Shown one piece after another: positions 53,701-64,000 of a stretch of 64,000 nt of DNA; within the stretch, counting starts at the first letter, position 1; each line of letters starts with the position of its first letter. A program made the translations under genes and the position numbers. The DNA lies in NCBI RefSeq assembly GCF_963676685.1, contig NC_092352.1, positions 44,144,001-44,208,000 on the forward strand, in the 5' to 3' direction. The notes under the pieces were generated by a model, which saw nothing but the letters and a program-made list of their open reading frames with translations, searched no databases and was not told the DNA's origin. Source of the DNA: Mytilus edulis (taxonomy: Eukaryota).

Positions 53701-56700
53701 TGATCATAAACAAGCTTCTGTGCAAGTTTAGTACAAACCCAGGATAGTTTGAGAAAGTTATTAAAATTCTAAAAACTTTAACTACAGAGTGAATGTTTTG
53801 TTTCCTCGCAGAAAAAACTAAGTCCATTTATAGTAAAATACGGAAAAAATGGAATTTTATTTTTACAAAATTTACTTTTGGATACTACCTTATGATCATA
53901 AACAAGCTTCTGTCAAAGTTTGGTAGAAATCCAGTATAGTTTAAGAAAGTTATTAAAATTTCAAAAACTTTAACCACAGAGTGAATATTTGTTGACGCCG
54001 CCGACGACGCCGACGACGACGGAATGTAGGATCGCTTAGTCTCGCTTTTTCGACTAAAGTCGAAGGCTCGACAAAAATTGATGAGACAAACTAAAGTCAG
54101 ATAGCATATTGTCATGGAAAGCATAGAAGACATAAACGGTTAAAAGGGAAGATTCAACTGATGGTGTAATCATAGGCTTCACAGGCATTCTTTTTTTTTG
54201 TATTTTAAATCTGTTAGAGTAATTTTTTTAATTTTTTTTGGTACTTTTAATGTATGTCATGTATGTACAGAAATGAGAATTATTGATTTTTGAGACACTT
54301 ACTAATGATATATCCCACAGTACAGTCATCTGGTAACCTTATGGCGTCTCCTGTCGTCTGTATCCTTCCTCCTCTGAAAATACAGAGTTAAAATTAAACA
54401 TACTAAGAATGAATATCATTTTTATGGTGATCATTTAGTCAAATCGACGATCTATGTTAGAAAATATTCTTAAAAAGTCTTAGTCAAATAGGTAGTAGAA
54501 CGTCAATGGAACAAAATTTGTCACAATGTTTGACATGAGTATATGAAGCTTGGTGCTATATATATATATGTGGAAGCTATCACTTCAAGTTGTTCAAAAA
54601 ATGACAGAAATGTGTCATATAGAGGTAAATCCGAGTATCATATTCCTCTGAAACAGCAGTAAAATGATAAAGTACTTTAGTCTGGTTACTGTCATAATGA
54701 TCTTCAAACATCTTTAACCCTACAAACAATTCTTACTTATTATCGAAAACTAGGACTCCTGAAAATTTCAGAATCTCACCACTGAAAAATTCTTATTTCA
54801 ATTTTTGATGGTCCTAAAAATTGATCCATACAAATAACATTTAAAGGTATATATCTTACCCAGCATGTGGTACCATTTTATCAGCTAGACCTCTGCTTAC
54901 ACAGAAACCTGCACCTCCAGTTGCGAACCAAAATGCCAACTTTTGCTGTAATATAAAAGTTTTATAAATAATCTACCATAAAGGACATATAGACTATACA
55001 TGATGATAATCATCCATATATTTCTGTTTTTAAAATGTTGGATTGCTTAAAGCTTTGTAAAGCTTTCCCAATTTAATAAACAAAATACTGATTTTTTATT
55101 AGATTTCACATCCAATTTACTACACATGAGGCTAGATTTCAAGTCTAAAAATATGCGTGATTTTCATGGTCATTCTTGGTTTTAGTCAACTAACGTCAAT
55201 ACAAGTTCAAAATAAATTTTAAATCCAAGCAATTCAAAAGAATATAATAGTGGCAATATAATTACTCCTGGGTTAGCTCTGTCTAGTACTTCCATTGGAT
55301 GACTTATACTTGGTCTGCCTAAATACCAGTTATCACTGTGGTTATACTGCTGCAGAAACGCAACTAAAGCTGGTACATTCACATAGTTATCATCATCTAC
55401 ATGACAAAACCACCTGCAAAATTTTTAATAAAGTGTTAACATATTGTGTTGTAGATAATAGTTACAAAATGCTTTATTTGTTGTAGAATCATTTACACGA
55501 CAAAACCACATGCAAAATGTTTAATAAGTGTTCATATTGTGTTGTAGATATGTTACAAACTGCTTTATTTGTTGTAGATGCGTTATGTGTTGTAAATAAA
55601 AGCTACACAATTCTAGTGATGTGTTATATGTGATGTAGATAAAGGTTACACAATGTGTAATGTCATATGTGTTGTAGATAAAAGTTACACAATGTGTTAT
55701 GTGTTGTACAAAGTTACACAATGTGTTACTGTACATGTACATGTTATATTGTAGTTAAAAGTTGCACAATGTGTTGTGTACATGTTATCTGTTAAAAGTT
55801 AAACAATGTGTTGTGAACATGTTATCTGTTAAAAGTTACACAATGTGTCAGTGTATAACATGTATAAACTATACACAATTTGTCACATGTTGAAGATACA
55901 AGTTACACAATGTGTTCTGTTTACAAAATGTGTCACTTGTTGTAGAAGAAAGTCATACATTATGTGGAGTATTTTCTTTTTTTCTTCAGAGGAATTAATT
56001 CTCTGCCATTTTGGTTATCCCTGTTCTCCTTTTAATGTATATTTAGCAGAATTTATCCAGTTGAAATGTGAGCTTTAAGTATTTGGTAAACATGGAATTG
56101 ATGACTGATTGACTTCAAAATGTATCACATGCATGGTACCACAAGCTCACATGATTGATTTAATTTTTGTTAATATTCAGTGGCAAATATTTTATTCATG
56201 TTCAGGACGAGAAGAGATTAACAATTAATACAATCGGGTCCTGTTAAGAATGATGTCTGGGATGAAGGGGAGTGAAATTTGGGCTATCACTAGAAAATGC
56301 AGGTATATGTAAATTGCTTAGGGACAGATATTTTGCGCAGGCTAAAGGACACCCAACTCTGGCAAGCCTGGAAGGGTTGTACCGCTTGTCAGAAGAAGAC
56401 CCAAGTGACCGTATTCCTATCCCCCAGCCAACCTTAGGGTCAAACAAGTTCACATGAAGCTTGATATCAAATTTAAGGAAAATGATAGATAGTTCTTAAG
56501 AAAATATGATGATAATGTCATACATGGCAATAAATATTATCTTCATATAGTCCTAAAATAGGCAGTTTATAATGTTAATTCAATAAACAAAACATTCTTT
56601 GAAATGGAATGTTTCAGGTTAGGTCAGTGTAGATGAAACAAATTAATCTTGATTTGCTGTTAATCATTTAGAAAGTTATCAACTTATTTCATCAACTGCA

Positions 56701-59700
56701 TGTCCTAATTATTTCTTTTTTAATTATACCTTTTTTTACTTTCCATGAAGATGTCATATTCTCTAGCCATCTTACAGCACAATCCTTGTCTAAAATAGAA
56801 AAAAGAATATTGGATCATTTTTGTGGATAGAGTACATGGAGTATTAGCATTGAATAACATTATATATATACCGGTATAAAACCTTTATTATGTCCACGTA
56901 ATGTACCTCAAGTTTTATTGGAATTTAATGGAAGGTCTATTTCTTAAGAATGCTTTAATGAGGACAGGAAAATCCTTTAGTGTCAAGCATCAAACGCCCC
57001 CTTTTCATTATGGTAAGAGTCAAAAGAGGGTGATATTTTTTCATCATTTGTCACAACAACAGTCCAGTTACTAGACGTGGATAGCATTAACAAATATCTT
57101 TTTTATTCTATTTATTTGAAATTTGAAATTTAACAAAAATTTAACAAACTTTTTCTGTAAATGGTCATGTGGATTATCTTTTCCCACCCTGATTTAATAC
57201 ATAATACATGAATATATGAGTGCACCTGCTGATACCTCAAGTAGTTAAAGTTAGCTTACAAAAACCAATAATGTTTAAAAGATGGTTTTTATAACAATTC
57301 ATGTGAACCTTCTATGACACATAAGTACATTGTAGATCAATGTTTTTATCATTATTTGAAAATGTTATTGTATTAAAATGATTTACAAGTGAACAAATTC
57401 ATACTTTCTTTTCACAATAAACTAAGAAGTCAAGTAGACATGGTAGATGGTTATTTTCATATGTTTTTGTGCTCAACCCAGTCATGCCAGTATTTATGAC
57501 TTGTGAATTTCCTGTAAAATTAAACAATGCACAACAACTGAAAATATTTTCACATTATTCGATGAACACTCTCTAACAGGGAGGTAACTTGATAACCACA
57601 AATGATAAGTTACTAATTATATATAACAGGCAATATGCAAAGTTCAGTGATAGTAAGTTTCTCAGGGTCCTTTCTTGTTTTAAAGAAATTAGTCACACGA
57701 TATTATCAGAAAGTAAGGAACTATACATCATTTGCATGAAATATCAGTAAAATTTTAGGTAAACAAAAATTCACATGACCCTAAGATTTCAGAAATGTAA
57801 TTAATAAGAAGGTGAAAATTAGAAAAGTGTATTCTAAGTGCAAACCTATTATAGTCTTTCCTTCCACATCATTTGACTTCAGCAATACAAGGCAGATGCA
57901 AAGGAAAATATCAATGTTACATAATTTTATCAGATTTAACTTAGTAAACTGATTGGTGTTAAACACCACTATCAGCACTTTGATGCTATCGAGTGATGGT
58001 CAGATTTTATCGGTGCAGGAAGCCAGTGCCCAGAGAGAACCATGCCACCAGCCTTTGGTAGGAAAACTTACAATCCTAGTCATGTGGGACTAGACCTCAC
58101 AACATCAGTTCTGACAAGCTAATAGTACAGTAGTATTACTACTTAGACCATTCAGCCACTACCACCCCCATGATTTCATCAACCACCCTTTTTATTGATG
58201 CTGAAAAAACAACTTTCTCGGAAATCCTATTTCACTAACAAAATACTCTAAGAATCTGCGGCTCTTTTTGCAATAAATCTTATCAGTAAAAATCCTCACA
58301 AGTCCAACACATTTCAGTATAACTTAAACATATTTAATTGTAAGATGTTTAAAGGAAAGAGTCACAGGCAAAAGAATGCCACTGGTTGAGTGGTGGATTG
58401 TTGTGACTAATAGGGATAAATCTTAATGCCAGGGGATTATAGGTAAATCTACTATATAAACTTCTATTATAGAGAAATATCTTTGTTGCATTATATGTAC
58501 ACCTCCTAAAGGCAGGTCTTGGGATTCTGAACTAAGTGATGGTTTGTACAGTAATACACTATGAAAAATCTCCCTAGATATTAAACGGTAATATACCAGT
58601 ATTGTTATCTTAAATCACCAGAAAATGAGTAACCATCTGTGTGGTTATTGTAATTTACTCTAAACCCAAAGGGGTGAATTTTACTGAATCATCCTGTGCA
58701 TATTGCACAAGTTATATGTGGGTCAACTGGGATTCAATGACACATAAATAAAATGCATATACAAGCAGTTTTTGTATCACTGGTTTATTGTTTCAGTTTG
58801 AAGACAAATATTTATCATTATCAAATAATTTACCAAAATGTAGCTTGCAGCCTGTAATTATTTTTCAATCTCTTTATAAATCTTTTTGAAATAGTCATTT
58901 TATTTCAATTATGTCTTAATCATGATAGCTCAAAGGAAAAACTTAAAATTTAATCATACCTAAAACAAATTATACACGATTAAGATGTAAATCACAGACG
59001 GATAGGTGTGGCTGATCTTAAAACAATAGTACAACATGTTTCTGTCCTACAAATGCTAACTGTTTTTAATATCATTTATGTTTCCATTATATGAAACAGC
59101 ATGCAGAACTTTAATATAGATGATATTTTAAGCTTTTTTAGAACAGCAGAAAAAGTGTCTTACTCTTAGCAAAAATGGCCACTCTCCAACATTATAGACC
59201 AAAATTAAGAAAATTTTAATTCATGACCAAAATTCTGACTAAAAATTAAATGTAACAAAATCATCTTCATCTGAGGGGAATAAGTTTAACTATAACGAAT
59301 GGGCTGACAATATACACAACTTATTTGTAAATCTTGTCATGCTACCATAAACCCTGGAATAATTCTAAATTTCAGATAAAAAATTTCACACTTTTTTTTC
59401 TGAAAACTTGACAACTGTAACTATTGCAATTTCAACTATTTTCCAAGTAAGAAAAAAATTACAATACACTGAAATTGTGTTCTCAAATTGCATAAAGAAT
59501 GTTGATTTAATGTAGTTGACATTTCTCTGATCATATTTACATTTCAATCTAAGTACTTACCTGTAATGTGAATCTGCACAAAAAGTGTTGATGAAATGAT
59601 CAGCTTAAAAAAAGAAAATAGAAAGATTATGCTAATAATTTTTTTTTTTCTTCAGACATGTCAGATTTTTATTTTAAATTCAAGTTGGTCTAAATAAAAA

Positions 59701-62700
59701 GTAACAAGTTTAAATGTTCAACATTGTCTATTCGTTTGTATACAGATGTTGACAAACCATCAGATTGAAATACCCCAAAAAATAAATGAATCCATAGTTC
59801 TAAGAACTTTATCAGGTTTATATTGAATAATCTTAAATTTAAGTTACCATATGATTACATATATGATAAAAGAAAATCTCATCATTTTAATTGATATACA
59901 TGTATATAAGTATCTTTGTTCGATATAGAATAACTAATCGAAGAATTCAAATAGAGAAAAATGACTAATCAAAGAATTCAAATAGAGAAAAATGTTCAAA
60001 GAGTGACCGAACAACACATTAATTCATGAATGTGCGTAGCACATGAGTTAATTATCAGTGTTGTTCGGTCGCAAGTCGATAATTTTTCAATATTTGAATT
60101 CTTTGATTAGTTATTGTTTTGAATACATTTGCAAATGGCTTTTTTTAAAGAAATTAATGTAAAACTTGTAAGGAACGATATCTTTTTTCTACGCATTCAC
60201 AATTTGTTTTGATTCGCCGTTATTGACGTCTTTACAACGCCTATTGTTTTATGACGTCAGAGAGTGAAATAACCATGTTTATTTCACATGTGAAATTATC
60301 GGTTTTTATTTAACTGTGAAATCAATGTAATTCATTGCAACCAATGTAATAATGTTGTTTATTCATTTATAAGCAAAATAACAGACATACAAAAATGTAC
60401 TTGTATTTACATCAATCAGTGTTTCGACAAAATTGTGTATACAGCTTTGGTAAGGTGCAATATTGGACTGACAGATCTGTCAAATGTGTTGTACTATCAA
60501 GACTACAATTTAAGAATGGTTAATTTGAATTTATTGAAAACAAAGGGCATCTGAAAGATTATTCAAATACAACACTTAAAAGGGTGTACCTGTTTATAAT
60601 TCAGCATAAATTTAAACACATTCATAGGTTGTTGTACAATAGTAGAACTTCCCTCAATACAAGGGGGCTAGCTAGCTAACATACATGTATGTGTATGAAG
60701 TGAAATATCATTGATTCATTGATATACATGTACCACAAAGATTACGAGTCTGGAACATGTTGCATGTACATGTATATGCAATAGTATTGGTATGTACATT
60801 TGTACATGTAGGTACAATTTAACCATCCACATGTACCTTAAGCTTATAACAATCAGACATAAATTTAAAGGGAAGCTGGCATTAATCCAATTTGAAAGAT
60901 GAGGAACAAAATGATCAGACAAGAGGTTATCTCCCCTTAGGACAAAGATGTACTTTAAAGAGAGTTTATATGTTCTATTACAGTCATGAAAGTGATGAGA
61001 CAGCATTCTTGTCTGACTGGAAAAATGTACTGAAATTAAACTTCTTTCATGATCATCATTAAACCTCTAACTTGCTGACATATCATATCAGACGTCACAT
61101 GTACAGTGTTGATACATCAAACCTCTAACATATACTCTGAAAATTGAAACTGTAAGCAAATTCTAAGGTTTCTTTCAATTAGCATGATTAGTGTTTTAAT
61201 TTAAAAGTCTTTGAAGTTGATTTGTTGATAAACTTAAGGGAAAAAAGCATTTTGCTTAAGATTAAATTACATTTGGTATGTTATTGTTTATCAGCATACA
61301 TGTACTTCATTGTATCCCAAAATAATTTGTAAAAAAAAAGATAAAAAATCATAGTAATTTTTAAACTCAAACTTCATGTATGTAACATTTACATGTATAC
61401 CATGTATACCTGAATATAGAAAAACTTACCATGAAAATTTTCTGGAATGTGTGAATCATTATCTGTAAATATATAGGTCTGAAAAGGAGAATATATAGAA
61501 CTGTTATCATGTACTAGAATGAAACAATACATCTTTTTCATGACATAAAAGCTGGATGTATTTTGTGCATCTAGCATATATACATGTATACAATGACTTT
61601 TATTATTATGTCATGTATGTAAAACTATATTGATTATAATTTAAAATTAAATCTACAAATTTAATAATTTTCCTATACTTTAAAGATATTCATGTAACTT
61701 CATTATCCGTTTTCTGTATAAATTCATATTTTTTTCATTTTCTGTTTATACATGAATTTGTATTTCTTTCATTTTCTGATTCATTTTAATAAATTTTGAA
61801 CATTTACCAGGCATGTACATCATTCATCATGTTCATGTCATTCAGAATTTCTGTTTAGCATTACAAAATTTTGTATCAAGCTAGAGTTGTCATTGATATC
61901 ATCATGATCAAACTAATTTATAAAATCTTACACATGTAATTAACAACTGACAGAATGTGAGAAAATACAATGACTACTAACACTTTTAAGTGTAAGAAAC
62001 TTACAATATGATACATGTATATACAACGTTAACATGTATGGCATTGGGATAGTTTTAATTTTTAGAAAACTTAGATTAACATGATTGAGTCAAATCTTTT
62101 TTCATTTTTTTTTCTGTTAACCATGTTAACTGCAAGTTTTTTTTTGTTTTTTTTTTAATTTATCATGTTTATGTTTCACTTGAAACATCTAGTTTATATC
62201 ATGTAGCTATTAACATACATTTGTGTTTTATGGTCCAATATTAAAACATTTAACATGGTCATATGGTTAGATTTTCAAAATACCCTAAGAGTTTATTTTT
62301 TTTATGAAAACAAACAGTCAGAGATATAACTCTATAGGGTTATTACAGAAAATAACTTGCGTGTGTTATTACAGATACTTTTCCTTAAATTTTCTAAATC
62401 TGTAATAACATATGTTTGTTATTTGTAAAATTATTTAATCTATAGTGGACTCTAGGGAACTCTTGAGACTTTGCGCAGAAACTAAATGCATAGCCTTGCT
62501 AATTAATTTTTAAATTGAATTAATACATTTTTGATTAACCATGGTTAATCAATGAGACAAGGCTATTTAGGAATTAACTTAGCTGTGATAACAAGGCTCA
62601 GTTATTATAGGAATGTTACTTATTATATAAGACACTTGGGAATTACTGAGAAACATGCGCAGAACCTCATTACATGCTCTGGTCATTATTTCTTACAATA

Positions 62701-64000
62701 AATTAAAATACATTGTAATTAAGCATGATTTATGTCTGAGCAAATGCTTTGAAGTGATATAGAGAAGCTGTGATAACACCCTTTAGTTATTACAGGCATA
62801 TTTTTTCTGTAATAACATATAGGTGTACTATTCAAAATTGGAATACTATGAACTGTTACATCTTTCAATAGTTAAGTATACATAAAGACAATAGTAATAT
62901 CAATAGAACTTGTATACATTTTAACTAAACTTATGAAGTATATTGTCCCTTTGAAACATGTAACATACGTATGTTATCACATTTCTTTGATTTTTTAGTC
63001 CACAATAACAAATGTATGTTATTTTCCTGTAATAACCCTATAGAGTTATATCCCTGACTGACAAACAAACATGACAAAGTTTAATTTTGGACCCTTTGAC
63101 CTCAATGTCAAAATGAATGTGGACTTATTTGGTACAATAGGGCGCAAAATCAAAAATCTAAATGAACAAAAGATGAATGGTACGATTCAGCATACCAAAG
63201 AATCCCATATTCAATTTTATTTGAATCCCATCAAACACAGTTTTATTTCGGACCCTGATTTGGATCAACTTGAACATGTTGAATACTGCACCCAAAATCA
63301 GAAATCAAATGACATGTTTAAATTCAGCATACATTGTATCTAAATGCATCATTTATAAAACAGCAAGAAATTTCATGAACTACAATGTAAATGGTGTGAA
63401 CCATCTGACAATACCGGGTACCATTTCCTAAATGTTGTGACTACTAACCATAACCAAGGATTTGAAATTTCCCTATACAAATCCTTGACATGACTAAATT
63501 GTGAGTTGGATCGGGTATAAAAAGATCCAAACTTTTATTCTTAAATGACTAATAGAGGGTTATAATTGCCTATGTACATTTGCTACTTATAACTATGGAC
63601 AGAACTGTGCCTATTATTGCTTATAATGTTTTATGTTTCATTACAGATGACCGTGGTCATTGTTCTACATTAAAGACATGTGTGAATAAATAGACATTGT
63701 TCTTATTTAACTAAAATGTGTGCAAAATTTCTGGATCCTTGGTTTTGATTATGAACTCTGATTTGACCATGTTGACTGTTTGGAAAAAAGAACACGACTT
63801 TCAATTCTATCCAAAATTGATAGAAATCATCGTCTAAAAATTTCAGATCCTTGCACAAACAATTACTGGATATTGATATTTCTACAAAAAGAGGTCATGG
63901 TAAATTATAAACATCTCCAGTCATAAAAAAGTATTTATCAAGTACCATGTACATTGTATATCAGAAAATCAAGATGCTCACCTCATCCTTAGCTAAAGGA
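44769..64000 (-). CDS. fng: Fringe beta-1,3-N-acetylglucosaminyltransferase (Notch modifier), 5'-partial
   Basis: Phase-consistent exons 64000-63982, 61478-61430, 59603-59561, 56789-56730, 55413-55266, 54945-54860, 54373-54303, 46259-46165, 45554-45484, 44835-44769. They encode [53 protein letters not shown] and [14 protein letters not shown]. Confidence 0.95.
46853..48003 (+). mobile_element. Two nested or tandem Helentron-like (HINE) elements
   Basis: 5' ends AACTAGAGGCTCT at 46853 and 47240; 3' (GAC)n then CAAGTGATGAGAAAAGCTCAC. Confidence 0.7.
48410..49957 (+). mobile_element. Helentron-like element with internal tandem repeats
   Basis: 5' AACAAGAGGCTCTCAAGAGCCTGTGTCGCTCACC; three internal units; 3' hairpin TGACCT/AGGTCA followed by TGAGCTAAAAA. 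Confidence 0.75.
50637..51985 (+). mobile_element. Helentron-like element carrying a 168-bp tandem array and (GACN)n microsatellite
   Basis: Sub-terminal ATACCCCCGC (50671) and 3' hairpin TATACCCCC..GGGGGTATA. Units start at 50716, 50884, 51052, 51220, 51388, 51556 and 51724. Confidence 0.85.
53112..54077 (+). mobile_element. Helentron-like element with about 185-190-bp tandem units
   Basis: GTCTCGC near both ends, about four units, a (GAC/GCC)n tract, and 3' hairpin TTCGACTAAAGTCGAA. Confidence 0.75.
55414..55960. repeat. Degenerate tandem repeat in a Fringe intron
   Basis: Recurrent AAAGTTACACAATGTGTT / TGTTGTAGATA units. Confidence 0.7.
57950..58170 (-). mobile_element. Degenerate tRNA-SINE copy
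   Basis: GGAAGCCAGTGCCCAGAGAGAACCA, as at 5586-5611. Confidence 0.55.
59929..60115. repeat. Hairpin element
   Basis: AATAACTAATC..GAATTCAAATA..GACCGAACAACAC..GTGCGTAGCAC..GTGTTGTTCGGTC..TATTTGAATTC..GATTAGTTATT. Confidence 0.75.
62315..63060. mobile_element. MITE with about 40-bp TIRs
   Basis: CAGTCAGAGATATAACTCTATAGGGT / ACCCTATAGAGTTATATCCCTGACTG; ACAAA on both flanks. Confidence 0.85.

Overview
AT-rich, intron- and repeat-rich animal genomic DNA, not prokaryotic. The repeat content (type I hammerhead retrozyme-like repeats, Penelope-like elements, Helentron-like satellite carriers) suggests a bivalve, probably a Mytilus-type mussel; this host assignment is an inference. Host genes: a VAMP/synaptobrevin-like R-SNARE (+, 2914-4020); a degraded paralog of it (20.9-21.8 kb); an uncharacterised six-exon gene (-, 27302-33517) with one in-frame TAA and a C-terminal CCCCC; and the 3' ten coding exons of a Fringe glycosyltransferase (-, 44769 to beyond 64000). 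Main finding: the Naiad-type Penelope-like retroelement at 1-2166 has an in-frame TGA (83-85) at a normally conserved Cys and a canonical-looking type II SECIS (about 1575-1647) just after its stop, so it appears to encode a selenocysteine-containing reverse transcriptase. Its 3' region also holds a four-way-junction RNA fold that covaries between two copies. Also present: intact hammerhead ribozymes, a DIRS/Ngaro tyrosine recombinase relic, a decayed CR1-group LINE, tRNA-SINEs, MITEs, long hairpin elements and Helentron-like elements with internal tandem arrays. All translations, splice phases and folds were worked out by eye.
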